63,971 nucleotides of DNA, filler included, from Octopus bimaculoides (GCF_001194135.2; 6 parts of 6 records of this genome joined end to end with filler, not necessarily neighbours in it); one strand, 5' to 3'. Positions 13,746 through 27,645 are shown, numbered from the whole stretch's first letter. The notes: generated by a model not told the origin, from the sequence alone. Numbers and translations: made by a program.

Positions 13746-16404
13746 TTATTAATATGTGTGTGTGTGTGTGTGTGTATGTGTGTTTGCTTGTGTAAGTTCA
13801 TATTTCTCATCTTCATGTGTTCACTGATTGTTAACAATGATGGTGTGATTTGCTTGCAGTCCACTACAAAGGCACATCCTGGCTTCTTGACATGTTCTGA
13901 CATGTGCAGGACTCAATCTAATTGTCTGTTTGCAGTTCTTCATGTAACTATGTCTTAGGCTATTGTTCAATAGACCATGATATTATTACCTCGCTTGAAA
14001 ATAGAGGTGGGGGTGATATCAGGAAGGGCATGTGGTCATAGTACTCTCATCTGCCCTATGTAAGCATGGTAAAGTAGATGTTAAAATGATGATGATGATG
14101 ATGATGATTTTATACACACACACACACACACATACATATTACTTGTATTACATATATTAATTATATGCATGCAGATGCACACACATATATTTAGAACTGA
14201 TTTATTTCTTCTTATTAATTCAATTTGAACAAGAAGTCTTTATTTGACTCCTTTTAATACTGTTCTAGACTAAATATTGGTATTTTCTTAGCAATAAAAC
14301 GTTTTGTTGAAATTAAGCTAAAGTCTACTTAACAATATAAATGTAATGATAATATTATTGATTTCTAATGGTGACACAAGGCCTCAATTGACTGGGTCTT
14401 TAGTTTATCGACCCAGGAAGTAATAAAGACAAAGTTTTCTTTATTATTCATGTACTGAGAAATACTTCAATAGGTTCTTTCCGAATAGAAAGAGTAAGTA
14501 CATCTTAGAAAACATGTATAAAAATGTTCAAAGTTAACAAAACTGTTCAATGTTAACAAATGGTGTAAGAGAATGTCTAGCAATATTTACATATCCTAGT
14601 TTTCTTAATTTCTAGGACATGTCTGTGTCTGTCCTTATAGGCAATTTATCAATATCCTTACCGAAATGATTGTGTCTTATTCCTTTCACACCAATAAAAA
14701 TGGTATGATAGACAAATTCTTTGACTGCTGCAGTGTTTTTAATTCAACAGCTAGGCTGGTTTCATTACTTATTTTCAATGTTGTTCCTGCACACTAATAT
14801 AGTTATTAGGTATTGCTAAGTCAAGTATTATTAGTACACTATTGAAATTCTATCATGGAACTGCTGAGCTTATATATTTTATGGTCTGTCTCTATGCTGA
14901 AGTTTCATAGTATATATTTTGTTCTGTCAATTTTTAAGGCTCATATGAATACCACAGTGTTTTTTTTCTTTTCTTTTTGAAAGACTTGAAATATGGTAGC
15001 TAAGTGTAAATAGAGCAGCTTTGATATATTATTGTATTTTGCTGAAGCTAATGTAGGACTTCCTGATACAATGTGGTGTGCGGTTTTATAAAATGCATAA
15101 CATAGATGACATTTGTTACCTGAAGGAATTGCAGCTTTTCTTTTTGATGAAGCTATTGCTGAGGGCCTGCTCTTGCGATAGGAATGTTGTTGCTTATCTT
15201 GCTTCAGTTAGATTAGATTTTTTACCTCCAGACCAGATTTAGTTTGTTATTTATATATAGTGAACTCATTTCATGAAGACTGTGGTCAAGAAAACACATA
15301 GCTTCATAAGCTGTTCACAAGAGTTGACCTATTCCCCCCCCCCCCCAGTATGTCCAGTATATCTGTGTTTGCTAAGTTTAAACATTAGATAACTATAAAT
15401 CTTATCTAATTGCTTGTGGGAATTTGTTCCTATAGAAATAATTGATTTCTTATCTTTTGTATCATCCCAGTCAACAAGAGCATTCAGTAGGCCTTTTTAT
15501 GAGTTGTAAAAGTAGTTGGCAACATTAATAAATTGCCTTCTTAAATTGCTCCCAGGTACTCAGATGTCACAAACTTTTCATGGGATGTGCAGCAGTTGGG
15601 TATCAGGCTTATTGTGTAGGCTGCGGTTTTGCTTAGTAGATTTCTTGTATTAGGGTTTATGGAATCTAGGTCTGTTGCATTCTAGACCAAAGCTGTAGAA
15701 CCACAAGTTATGGCTTGAACTGCATATGTGTGAACAGCACAGATAGTATTTCTGCATATGACATGAGTTTTTAAACATTTTAAAAATTCTAATAGCAACA
15801 CAGGCTAGGTTCCTTGCCACTAATGAAATATGACACTTTATGGTATTATAATATCTGGTAGTACTAATATCTAAACTGTTAACATTGTTATTTATAAGTT
15901 CATCGTCAACATTAATATCACTGTGATTATTTATGGCAACATCTTTACTATTATCAATACACCCACCATTTTCTCCTGCTTGCAGCATTACTGAATAATA
16001 TGTAACACTCTCATTAAAGTAATGAAGACTAGTAAATGTTTATGAAGGTGATTCTCTTATAAAAATTGGCACCACTGAAAATTTTTTTCGAAGGTGTCAC
16101 TTTCTTACAATAGCAATCCAAAAGTTGGTAGATTTCAAATTGAGTTTGTAATTGTGTGAGTGATTTTAGGAGATATCTTACACATACTTTAGTAAAGTCA
16201 ATTTTGTTTGATAAAATCATGAATGATTTGCACATTATTTACCGCTTTATTAATTGTCAACCATTTCTTTAACAGACCCATGTCACTGATTTCTTCAATG
16301 GATGTGGCCAAGTATCTGTTTTATTCTTGATGCGTAACTCTTCTGCAGCTATTTCTGAATTTTATTTCTAAAATGTGAGTAGCCATGCATCCTTTTTACA
16401 GCAT

Positions 16405-16690
16405 GATGGCTGTTCTACTCAGGCCCCTTTTCTCATACTTTAACACTTATCTCCTAGCATAAAACTACTTCTCTCAGTGTTTGTAATCTTTCAAGCTGCA
16501 TGGTGACCTCACTAGTGCTGGTGGCACAAAAAAAAAAAAAAGATTCCCCCAGTACATGCTGTAAAGTGGTTGGCTTTAAGAAGGGCATCCAGCTGTAGAA
16601 ACTGAGCCAAGAAGAGCATGTGGCAGTACTGTCCAACCTATGCCAGCATGGGACATGGATGTTAGTTATGGTGATGATGATAATGATGCA
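16405..16690 (+). mobile_element. RTE 3'-tail derived repeat
   Basis: ggttggctttaagaagggcatccagctgtagaaac...ccatgccagcatgg...gatgatg. Confidence 0.7.
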
Positions 16691-16745
16691 TGTCTACAAA
16701 TATATATATGCACAAATGAATATGTATCTATCTGTCTGTCTGTCT

Positions 16746-16849
<104 letters not shown>

Positions 16850-16877
16850 ATATTTGTATATATATGGATATGTTTAA

Positions 16878-16917
<40 letters not shown>

Positions 16918-16924
16918 GTGTGTG

Positions 16925-17150
16925 GATATACATTCCTCCTTCACATCATCATTTAACATATGTTTTCCATGCTGCTATGAGATGGATGGTTCAACTGGAT
17001 TGGCTGAGTTGGAAGGCTGCATTGGACTCCATAGTTTGCTTTGGCATGGCTTTTATGGCTGGATGCCCTTCATAATACCAATCCCTCTACACAGTTTACT
17101 AGGTACGTTTATCATACCACTGGTACTAGTGTTGTCACCTAGCAACTAAA
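16925..17150 (-). mobile_element. RTE 3'-tail derived repeat
   Basis: catcatttaacatatgttttccatgctg...ggctggatgcccttc is the reverse form of the same tail. Confidence 0.65.
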
Positions 17151-18331
17151 GTGGTCTCTACAACTAAAGGAGATGGAAGAGAGAAGTGGAGTGTAATGAT
17201 TCAAGGTAGGGTGGTAAGAGAGAGTAAAGCAAGATGAGAGGAAGAAATTTATCATTGTGAGTGGGTGACGGTGGAGGGAGTAACAGAAGAGACACTATTT
17301 GTTGACCAGTTTTCACTACTTCATACTATATCTTTCTAGGTCTTCCTTTGCCAATGGTATCATCTACTTTGAATTCTTTGCACTGTTTAATGGCTGTTGT
17401 TATCTCCACACATCACATGTCCATAGCAATAAAGTCTTCTTCCTTGCAAACCTCATCTGATTCCCTTTATATACAACTTCTTTCTCTAGTCACCCACACT
17501 CTGTTGTTTGCATATATTGATATTACACATCCAGTAAAGCATGCTCACTTCATTTCTGTCTAACTTTTGCAGATATTCTGCAAACAGGGCCTAGGTTACA
17601 TCACCTTATAATATTGCCCTTCTTGCTCAAGCATCATACAGTTTGCCTTTCATTCTTAGGGAGAATCCCTTTGTAGCCAGCAGAGGTAGTAGTTAACTGA
17701 ATTATTTCTACCCCTTTTTTAAAATGGCAACTATACTTTCAGAACACCTACCCATGCTTCTTAGTAGGTCACCTTAGCAATAAAAACCATTGATTGCTAA
17801 GTGAGAGCCTTCTTGAGAATCTATTTCCTTGATACATTCTATGCTCAATGCATCTGACACCTGGCACATATGAAGGCCGTCTTTTCTGTTAGCTTACTGG
17901 TAATTGTACTTCACCTCTTGTGCATGCATGTTTACACTGCATTCACTGTAAGACTTTCTACCTACTCCATTCCTTAACATCAGAATCCTGATAAGTCTAC
18001 TTATCATAATTTTAGTTTTGAGCTAAATTTACTTCAAAGTTTTGCACATATATCTGGAATTTCTCCAAATCTTCCACAAATTTTGTAATAAGAAGGAGGT
18101 CATCTTGGAGTTTCCATGGGCAAGCAGTCCTAAACTTGTCTATTATAGGTTGGCGGACTATAATTAATAGGTGAGGGCTGAGGACTGAATCCTGCTGGAC
18201 CCCTACCTGTATGCTAAATTCATCACTGTACTAATTGTAAACACCTAGCTTTGTGACTGCTCCTTCATACATAGATTGTACAAATTTCCTAGCAATTCAT
18301 CTAACCCTAGCTTCCTTTGTGCTCCTGAGAT

Positions 18332-19653
18332 CATCATCATCATCATCATCATCGTTTAACGTCCGCTTTCCATGCTAGCATGGGTTGGACGATTTGACTG
18401 AGGACTGGTGCAACCGGATGGCTACACCAGGCTCCAATCTAATTTGGCAGAGTTTCTACAGCTGGATGCCCTTTCTAACGCCAACCACTCAGAGAGTGTA
18501 GTGGGTGCTTTTACGTGTCACCCGCACGAAAACGGCCACTCTCGAAATGGTGTCTTTTATGTGCCACCCGCACAAGAGCCAGTCCAGGGGCACTGGCAAC
18601 GATCTCACTCGAAAACCCTACAAGGCCAGTCAGGCGGTACTGGCAACGGTCACGCTCAGNNNNNNNNNNNNNNNNNNNNNNNNNNNNNNNNNNNNNNNNN
18701 NNNNNNNNNNNNNNNNNNNNNNNNNNNNNNNNNNNNNNNNNNNNNNNNNNNNNNNNNNNNNNNNNNNNNNNNNNNNNNNNNNNNNNNNNNNNNNNNNNNN
18801 NNNNNNNNNNNNNNNNNNNNNNNNNNNNNNNNNNNNNNNNNNNNNNNNNNNNNNNNNNNNNNNNNNNNNNNNNNNNNNNNNNNNNNNNNNNNNNNNNNNN
18901 NNNNNNNNNNNNNNNNNNNNNNNNNNNNNNNNNNNNNNNNNNNNNNNNNNNNNNNNNNNNNNNNNNNNNNNNNNNNNNNNNNNNNNNNNNNNNNNNNNNN
19001 NNNNNNNNNNNNNNNNNNNNNNNNNNNNNNNNNNNNNNNNNNNNNNNNNNNNNNNNNNNNNNNNNNNNNNNNNNNNNNNNNNNNNNNNNNNNNNNNNNNN
19101 NNNNNNNNNNNNNNNNNNNNNNNNNNNNNNNNNNNNNNNNNNNNNNNNNNNNNNNNNNNNNNNNNNNNNNNNNNNNNNNNNNNNNNNNNNNNNNNNNNNN
19201 NNNNNNNNNNNNNNNNNNNNNNNNNNNNNNNNNNNNNNNNNNNNNNNNNNNNNNNNNNNNNNNNNNNNNNNNNNNNNNNNNNNNNNNNNNNNNNNNNNNN
19301 NNNNNNNNNNNNNNNNNNNNNNNNNNNNNNNNNNNNNNNNNNNNNNNNNNNNNNNNNNNNNNNNNNNNNNNNNNNNNNNNNNNNNNNNNNNNNNNNNNNN
19401 NNNNNNNNNNNNNNNNNNNNNNNNNNNNNNNNNNNNNNNNNNNNNNNNNNNNNNNNNNNNACAAAAACTAACTTTGTAGTTAATCTGCCTTTGATATTGC
19501 TGCACCTCTTATGTGTCCATAGCTTGCACCGGGTACATCTTATAGAGTTACTACCTACTCCGTTACTGCATACTGAGCAGGGCCATCTACCTGAAGGGGT
19601 TTGTGTTTTATCTACCTTCCTACTTATTAGGATTTTGGTTTTTGCTAGGTTGA
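18332..19653 (-). mobile_element. Younger 5'-truncated RTE inserted in the old RTE
   Basis: 5' end encodes NLAKTKILISRK...GRWPCSVC...CTRCKLWTHKRC; 3' end is the ggacgttaaacgatgatg tail at 18332; the middle is a gap. Confidence 0.7.
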
Positions 19654-20006
19654 GCAAAATATCCAGTCAAAAGCTTTCTCCATGTCTATGAATGCTAGGT
19701 ATAAGGGTTTATTTCTAGTTAAGTATTTTTCTTGTAGTTGTTTTACTATGAAGATGGCATCTGTGGTACCTCTTCCTGGTACAAAACCAAGATGCGTCCT
19801 GTCTAGGCTAATCCTGCTCTGCATAAATTTTGCAATAACTTTTTCTGTAACTTTCATAATCTGATCCAACAATTTGATGCTGCTGTAGTTTCCTCTATCT
19901 AGTGCATCTTCTTTATCTTTGTAACAGTTTACAATAATGCTGATACTCCAGTCATTGGGTATGACACCTTCTATTACCTAGCTGACTATTCAAGTGACTA
20001 AAATAT

Positions 20007-20410
20007 AGGAGTGGCTGTGTGGTAAGTAGCTCGTTTACCAACCACATGGTTCAGAGTTCAGTCCCACTGTGTGGCACCTTGGGCAAGTGTCTTCTGCTAT
20101 AGCCTCGGGCCGACCAAAGTCATGTGAGTGGATTTGGTAGACAGAAACTGAAAGAAGCCAGTCGTATATATGTATATGTATATATATGTCTGTGTGTGTG
20201 TCTGTGTGTCTGTGTTTGTCCCCACAACATCGTTTGACAACCGATGCTGGTATTTTTACATCCCTGTAACTTAGCGGTTCAGCAAAATTGACCGATAGAA
20301 TAAGTACTAGGCTTACAAAGAATAAGTCCTGGGGTTGATTTGCTCAACTAAAGGCGGTGCTCCAGCATGGCCGCAGTCAAATGACTGAAACAAGTAAAAG
20401 AGTTAAAGAG
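20007..20410 (+). mobile_element. CORE-type SINE, family B, full length
   Basis: tRNA-like head ggagtggctgtgtggtaag...gttcagtccca, CORE-like ggcaccttgggcaagtgtcttc, central (TA/TG)n, 3' aaacaagtaaaagag. Confidence 0.85.
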
Positions 20411-21429
20411 TATTTCACAAGATATTTTTAACATCTCAACAACCATTTCTGATGGACAGTTACTTTTCCCTGCTTCCATATCCTTTATTACCCTATCTAC
20501 TGATCTCAACTCAGATGGTTGGTCCTTCTGTTGGGTCTACATGGGGAAAACTCATTCTCACCAATGCATTCTTTACATTCAACAGTCTCTCATAGTAGCT
20601 CTTCTATGCCTCTTTCTTTTCAATGCTAATAAAAGTCGGTGAATTGTTATCACTCCTGAAACACTTCTCCTCAATGACATCTTGATTCTTTCTAATATAG
20701 TTTCATTGTTCTGAATATCTTACAATTCTGATCCTCATACTGCAAACTTCTTTATTTCTGTTTCTTCCATTTCTTAGTATAATCACCATCTACATTCTCT
20801 TCTAGCTGTAAAATATTTTATTTGCTACCTTCTTTTCTTCCAGTCTACCTGGGCCTGTCTCTTATCTTTTATAACCATATCTACAGCACTATTCCACCCC
20901 ATCTTACTTTGTTATCCAGTAAAAATTCCCAGTTTTTCCCTACATTATAGGTGTATATGTGTATATTTGTGTAAATACACTCACACACATACACACACAA
21001 ACACACATATACATACATATATACACACGCACACATGCATGTATATGTACATACATACATATATATATATACATACATACACACACACATGTATGAATTT
21101 ATGAAAATATGTACTTTGTACTATTTCTCTGTCAGATGTATGAGGGAAAAATATTGCAAATAGGAAATCTTAATTTTGTATTTCAACTTTTAGCTTTGTT
21201 CTTTAATGTGAACTTTTGATCATTTATCATTGTTATATAACATGGTTATAAGACATAGAAAATTCAATATAGAACATTTATTTTCTAAGATATGGCAACA
21301 ATTGAAATTGTCTTCTAACTGACAAATTGTTAAATATTCATGACATAGCAACAAGATAAGTAAGCTGACTCCTTGCATTCCCACAATTTCGGTTTGTATT
21401 GAAAGAAAAGCAAAAAAAAAGAAGAAAAA

Positions 21430-21720
21430 AAAAAAACTCAGCTTTTATATTCTTATGGAGTACGATAATAAGATAATGGCATTGAATAGGGAATATCTGC
21501 AACGATTGGAGAAAATAAGAAGAGCGTAATTCATTGGATGTGTAATATTAACTTGTATAGAAGGTAAAGCAAAAATGAAGATGAAAGAAAAAGAGTAGTA
21601 GGGCATTTCAAAAAAAAAAAAGAAAAAGAAGAAATAGAAAAAATCAGTGATATTCATGAGAAAGGACGATTCTGGTAATAGGCATGTATTGTAAATGAAC
21701 AATGAGTACAGAGTGAAAAA
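21430..21720 (+). mobile_element. Highly decayed RTE C-terminal fragment
   Basis: ALNREYLQRLEK...IHWMCN similarity to the other RTE copies. Confidence 0.5.
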
Positions 21721-21834
21721 TGTCTAAATGTTTTCTATAGCGACTATGTCCAAATAGTGAAGCCTGTGGAGTACGAGAAAGAAGTGGGGGAGGTTAGCTT
21801 GGAGTCATTCACTCCTTAATTACACAGACACTAG

Positions 21835-22015
21835 AAAGTTGATGAGTATGATGACAATAATGGTGATGATGATGTTGGGGACAATGATGATGATGATGGT
21901 GACATCAATAGCAAAGACAGTGGAGGTAGCAGTGATGACAACAATGACGATGATGATAGTGATGAAAGTGATGATGATGATGATGACAACAATGACAATA
22001 ATGATGATATGTTGA
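21835..22015. repeat. Degenerate (GAT/GAC)n trinucleotide tract
   Basis: Visible array. Confidence 0.85.
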
Positions 22016-22679
22016 TTTAGAGTAATTAAATAAAATGTCATTTCCAAAGTTGGTCCAAAATAATAGTAAAATGGCTAATGGTGTGCTATCACAACATGAC
22101 TGGACATCAACAGACCTGACCTAAAGTCTCTATGCAATGTCCAGTCCTTTCTATCAGTAACTGGAACCCTCTTAAACCCCTTCTCTCCTGAGTCAATCTT
22201 TTACCTCTAGCCACTATCTGGTTATCATCATCATCATCATTGTTTAACGTCCACTTTCCATGTTGGCATGGGTTGGACGGTTTGACTGGAGACTGGTGAG
22301 CCAGAGGGCTGCACCAAACTCCCACTTTGAGATGCAGCTTGAAAATTTCATGGGAATTTGGTCTTGCAGCCGAAAGGTTGAGAGGTTGAACTGTTTGCTT
22401 CCATTCCCTTTTGTCAATGGCAAAGACCATTCGCAAATAATAAAATTATATCTGTAAACTAAGAATATCATGGAATAGCAACACTTATTGCTATATACAA
22501 TGTAAGTATTTTTTTTGTAATAGATGAGTAGTTTGTGAGTTTGTGAGCATAGAGTTGAAACTGTTAAAATAGCAGCTAAATCACCTTCAATTTGCACATA
22601 CTCAACTGCCTTAAAAAATGAAAAATATGTTGGACAATGTGACTTAAAGATAAAAGTGATCATGGCCTTTGCAGGCCTT

Positions 22680-23460
22680 CCTTAATTGGTGAGGTTGATG
22701 CCATTAACGTTTGTCTTGAATCATTGAAAGCCAACACCTGTGGGAAAGATATGAGCAGAGAGGGAATTTCAGAGAACAAATGTTTTGAGAAAGAAGGACT
22801 GGGTGTAGTGATAAGGGTAGGGGCCTGTGGGTGGTGATGAACAAAACAAGAGTGAAAAGAAAAGGAGATATGATTTATATGGGAATGCTTGAGTGAAAGT
22901 GGCATGAGTCTGGCCAATTCCGAAGGGCAGAGACCATCATTGTAGCGTGTTTGAGAGACTGAAGTATATTCTGGTTTTGTAGAGGAGGGATGCAGGCCTA
23001 GCTATGTTAAGGATGTGCTTTTCATCAGGAGAAATCTTAAGACAATGAAACCTAAGAATAGAAGCAATTTTGAAGGCTTTAGCAGAATGTTGCTCATGAT
23101 AAAGCGAGGTGAAGTGTGGTGACTTTTTTTTTCTTGATATGAACAGCATTTGTGGTTTCTTACAGTTGAAAGAGACAAGGTTGTTGTATCTCCATTGGGG
23201 AATGCTTTCAAGTTCTCTGTTTATAGGGTTAATGTGGGTTTGATGTGTGGAGTGTGGGTTGTGAATAGATAATACATGTTTGGAGAACGTTAGGTGAAAG
23301 TGTAGGTTAGTGTTACTTGTGTAAGAGTATTGAATATAGGGACAAATGAGTCTCTGATGTATTGAAAGAAGAAGAGAGTGGAGGACGAAGCTAAACCCTT
23401 AAGTCTGCCTGAGTTGATAGGATGAAAGATAAAAGGAGTTCATTCAATATATGCAGCAAC
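22680..23460 (-). mobile_element. CR1/L2-group LINE, RT C-terminal fragment (decayed)
   Basis: Frameshifted peptides QWRYNNLVSFNCKKPQ, LLYKTRI, RYNDGLCPSELARL and EIPSLLISFP resemble the CR1-group thumb region. Confidence 0.55.
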
Positions 23461-23838
23461 GGTACAATCTGAGAAGTAGTTAACAAGCCAATGAATAAAA
23501 GATAGATATGCCCATATGTTGAATATGCTGGATAGGAGACTCATGTATGAATCTCCTATCAAAAGTTTTGCAAATGTTGAGGGCAACAACATTGCTTTCA
23601 TCAAGTTCTTCCAAGGTAAGAGTCTACTTGAGTGTTACAGAGGAGGACAGGACACTAGTGGATCTGGTTTTATGGAAACCATAATAGAGATCATCAAAGA
23701 AAGAAAGAGAGAGAGAGAGAAATTTGGGTTCAGTCCCACTGCAAGGTACTTTAGGCAAGCATCTTCTATAATAGTTTGGACCAATCAATGCTTTGTGAGT
23801 AAATCTTTTAGAACCAAACAATGTGGAAGTCTCTCTCT

Positions 23839-23903
<65 letters not shown>

Positions 23904-23904
23904 T

Positions 23905-24236
23905 GAGACCCCCTTCGGTTATGACTGACCATGGGATTGCACCTAGGAAGTTACCTTCCCAGGCACAAGTCCAGGCAAGGTTGTTTATGGAAGACCAGCA
24001 GTTGCCCATGCATACCGGCCTCCCCTCTCCACGCCACCAGTGTTATTCAAGGAAAAGGTAAAGGCCGATAAAGCGTGGCACCTGTGACATCGCAACCCAT
24101 TTCTACAGCTGAGTGAACTGGAGCAACATGAAATAAAGTGTCTTGCTCAAGAACACAACACGCAGCCCGGTCTGGGATTCGAACTCACAGCCTCACAGTC
24201 ATAAGTTTGACGCCCTAACCACTGAGCCATGTGCTT
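23905..24236 (-). mobile_element. tRNA-derived SINE, family E
   Basis: Reverse complement matches 34272-34606 (ggttagggcgtc head, ttgagcaagacacttta, gcaatcccatggtc 3' end). Confidence 0.85.
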
Positions 24237-24534
24237 TCATANNNNNNNNNNNNNNNNNNNNNNNNNNNNNNNNNNNNNNNNNNNNNNNNNNNNNNNNNNN
24301 NNNNNNNNNNNNNNNNNNNNNNNNNNNNNNNNNNNNNNNNNNNNNNNNNNNNNNNNNNNNNNNNNNNNNNNNNNNNNNNNNNNNNNNNNNNNNNNNNNNN
24401 NNNNNNNNNNNNNNNNNNNNNNNNNNNNNNNNNNNNNNNNNNNNNNNNNNNNNNNNNNNNNNNNNNNNNNNNNNNNNNNNNNNNNNNNNNNNNNNNNNNN
24501 NNNNNNNNNNNNNNNNNNNNNNNNNNNNNNNNNN

Positions 24535-24587
<53 letters not shown>

Positions 24588-24607
24588 TGTATATGTATAT
24601 AAATAAA

Positions 24608-24820
24608 TAAATAAATATGTGTCTGTGTTTGCCGTTCATGCCCCCACTTGACAACTGATGTACTGGTGTTGGCTTGTTTACATCCCAGTAACTTAGTGGT
24701 AAGGCAAAAGAAACTGATTGAATAAGTGCCAGACTTAAGGCTAAGTACTGGAGAAACCCCTCAAAGCAGTGCTCCAGCATGGAAACAGTCCAATGACTGA
24801 AACAAGTAAAAGATAAAAGA
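24608..24820 (+). mobile_element. Family B SINE, 3' half
   Basis: cttgacaactgatg...gtgctccagcatgg...aaacaagtaaaaga. Confidence 0.75.
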
Positions 24821-25880
24821 CAAAATAAAGACCTTTGTTTTTTAACATACAGAAATATACAGAACAAATATTAAGTAATCCACCAGTAATTCTGAAGTTA
24901 TCAGAATAAATGGTTTAAAACTGTGAGTAATTAACAATATTTATTTTATGCAATTACTGTAACTAATGTTCTATAAAGTTTTGCTCTAGAAAGGCTCATT
25001 AACCAAATATAATAATTAAACATCAAATAGTTCTATATAGCAGTAACAACAAAGCTAGGCCCTAAGAGCCCTAAATAGCTTGTGAAGGAAGCACCAGTTT
25101 TAGATCTTGCAGCCTAAAATCCTAAGGTCAATAAAGAAGTCATGCCCATGTTTAGATCATAGTACATATGATAACCAGAAGTGGATGTTTGCTGTTTATT
25201 CCATCTTCAAACTCCATGGAAGATTGTAATAAGTTTGTGTGCATGTGTGTGTGTGTTTGTGTGAGTGCATGCTTTATTTAGCTGTGGTCAGCAGTAAACA
25301 TTTACAACTGTCCGTGAGTAACTAAAGGACAAAGTTTCACAACTGATTAGTTAATGAATGAGCCTCTGATGAGTCAAAATTAACTAAGTGAATAAACCAT
25401 ACATACATCATCATCATCATCACCATCACCATCACCATCATCATCATCATCATCATCATCATCTTCTTCTAATATCTGTTTTCCAAGCTGGCATGGGTGG
25501 GACAATTTGACAGGATCCAGTGAAGTGTAAAGCTGTTTCGAACTCCAGCGTCAGCTTTGTCATGGTTTCTACAACTGAAGGCCCTTTCTAACACCAACTA
25601 CTTTACAAAGTATACCAGGTGCTTTTTTTATACCACCAGCACTAGTGAGATTGCTGTGTAACATGTAAGACTGAAAAAGAATAGGGAAAAGGAAAAAGAA
25701 AAAGCACCCAATATTAAGAAGGGAATATTTGAGAGGGACAGGTGGAAGTAAGTGGCTGTATGTCAAATGTTGAAAGGCTAAAATATGATAGAGGGACAAG
25801 TACCGATATCTTGTTATGGAGGAGATACATGGCTGAAGGAGATAATGGAGTAATTATTTCTTTCTTTATACATTTCAGTA

Positions 25881-26144
25881 ACATCTAACTTTGTGACTAT
25901 TCCTTCATACATAGCTTTACAAATTTCCTAGCAATTCATCTAACCCTAGCTTCCTTTGTGCTCATGAGATGAGTGAGCAAAATATCCAGTCAAAAGCTTT
26001 CTCCATGTCTATGAATGCTAGGTATAGGGGTTTATTTCTAGTTAAGTATTTTTCTTGTAGTTGTTTTACTATGAAGATGGCATCTGTGGTACCTCTTCCT
26101 GGTACAAAACCAAGATGCGTCTTGTCTAGGCTAATCCTGCTCTG
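25881..26144 (-). mobile_element. RTE RT fragment, local duplicate of 18241-18331 plus 19651-19821
   Basis: 25974-26144 differs from 19651-19821 at 2 of 171 positions by manual comparison. Confidence 0.85.
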
Positions 26145-26611
26145 AATAATATACTATACTATTACACAATACTATATATACTATTACACAATATGTTGTG
26201 TAAAATCACCTGATATCATATCTTCAGAAGTGAAAGCAATAAAAATATTTTACTCTATAGACATTTCATTTTATGAAAATGTATACAAGTGCAAATACAT
26301 CCTTGTGAGTGTATATATTGGAATGTAATGCAATATGTTGAGTTCTAAACAAATGGTTATGTTGGCATGCCTTGTAAAAGCTTATTAATAACAATAAGAA
26401 CAACAATAATAATAGCAATCCTTTCTAAAATATGCAAAAGGCCTGAAATTTTGGGGGAGGGAGCTAGTTGATTACATCAATCTTAGTGTTCAACTTGGTA
26501 CTTATATGATGGAGCCTGAAAAGATAAAAAGTAAAGTCAACCTCAGCAGAATTTGAACTCAGAACATAATAACTAAAACAACAAAAACAACAACAACAAT
26601 AATGATAATAA

Positions 26612-27645
26612 TAGGTGTGACTGTGTAGTAAGAAGTTAGCTTACCAGTAACATGGTTCTGGGTTCAGTTCCACTGCATAGCATCTTGGACAAGTGTCTTC
26701 TACAATAGCTCCAGGCTGACCAAGGGTTTGTTAGTGGATTTGGTTAATGGAAACTGAAAGAAGCCATATATATATATATATATATATATANNNNNNNNNN
26801 NNNNNNNNNNNNNNNNNNNNNNNNNNNNNNNNNNNNNNNNNNNNNNNNNNNNNNNNNNNNNNNNNNNNNNNNNNNNNNNNNNNNNNNNNNNNNNNNNNNN
26901 NNNNNNNNNNNNNNNNNNNNNNNNNNNNNNNNNNNNNNNNNNNNNNNNNNNNNNNNNNNNNNNNNNNNNNNNNNNNNNNNNNNNNNNNNNNNNNNNNNNN
27001 NNNNNNNNNNNNNNNNNNNNNNNNNNNNNNNNNNNNNNNNNNNNNNNNNNNNNNNNNNNNNNNNNNNNNNNNNNNNNNNNNNNNNNNNNNNNNNNNNNNN
27101 NNNNNNNNNNNNNNNNNNNNNNNNNNNNNNNNNNNNNNNNNNNNNNNNNNNNNNNNNNNNNNNNNNNNNNNNNNNNNNNNNNNNNNNNNNNNNNNNNNNN
27201 NNNNNNNNNNNNNNNNNNNNNNNNNNNNNNNNNNNNNNNNNNNNNNNNNNNNNNNNNNNNNNNNNNNNNNNNNNNNNNNNNNNNNNNNNNNNNNNNNNNN
27301 NNNNNNNTATATATATATATAATGCAAGTAAGTTAGGGGTTGAGGCTTCAACCCACTATCCAATATACTGCTGAAAGAATACCCAATTATTGTTACACTA
27401 GTGTTATACCAAGTGCAATAAGTGGGTGTGACGAGTGTGTGTGTGTGTGCTTGTCCCTCACTGCTGCTTGACAACCGGTGAGGGCTTGTTTACATCCCCA
27501 AAACTTAGCAGCTTAGCAAAAGAGACCAATAGAATAATTATCAGGCTTAAAAAGAAGTACTAGGGTCAATTCATTCGACTAAAAATTCATCAAGATGGTG
27601 CTCCAGCATGGCCACTGTCTAATGATTGAAACAAAAGATAAAAGA
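26612..27645 (+). mobile_element. Family B SINE halves separated by a gap and a short insert
   Basis: Head at 26612-26765 and 3' half at about 27430-27645. Confidence 0.6.

Larger units (their letters stand above)
17330..20930 (-). mobile_element. Old RTE LINE copy carrying two nested insertions
   Basis: RT motifs GFVPGRGTTDAIFIVKQLQEKYL...LYLAFIDMEKAFD (19645-19872); collinear decayed upstream part at 20411-20930 and downstream part at 17330-18331. Confidence 0.75.

Noticed and set aside
15120-15201. Candidate internal exon on the minus strand (QDKQQHSYRKSRPSAIASSKRKAAIPS, donor cag|gtaac)
   Set aside because: Weak acceptor, no recognisable protein and no partner exons.
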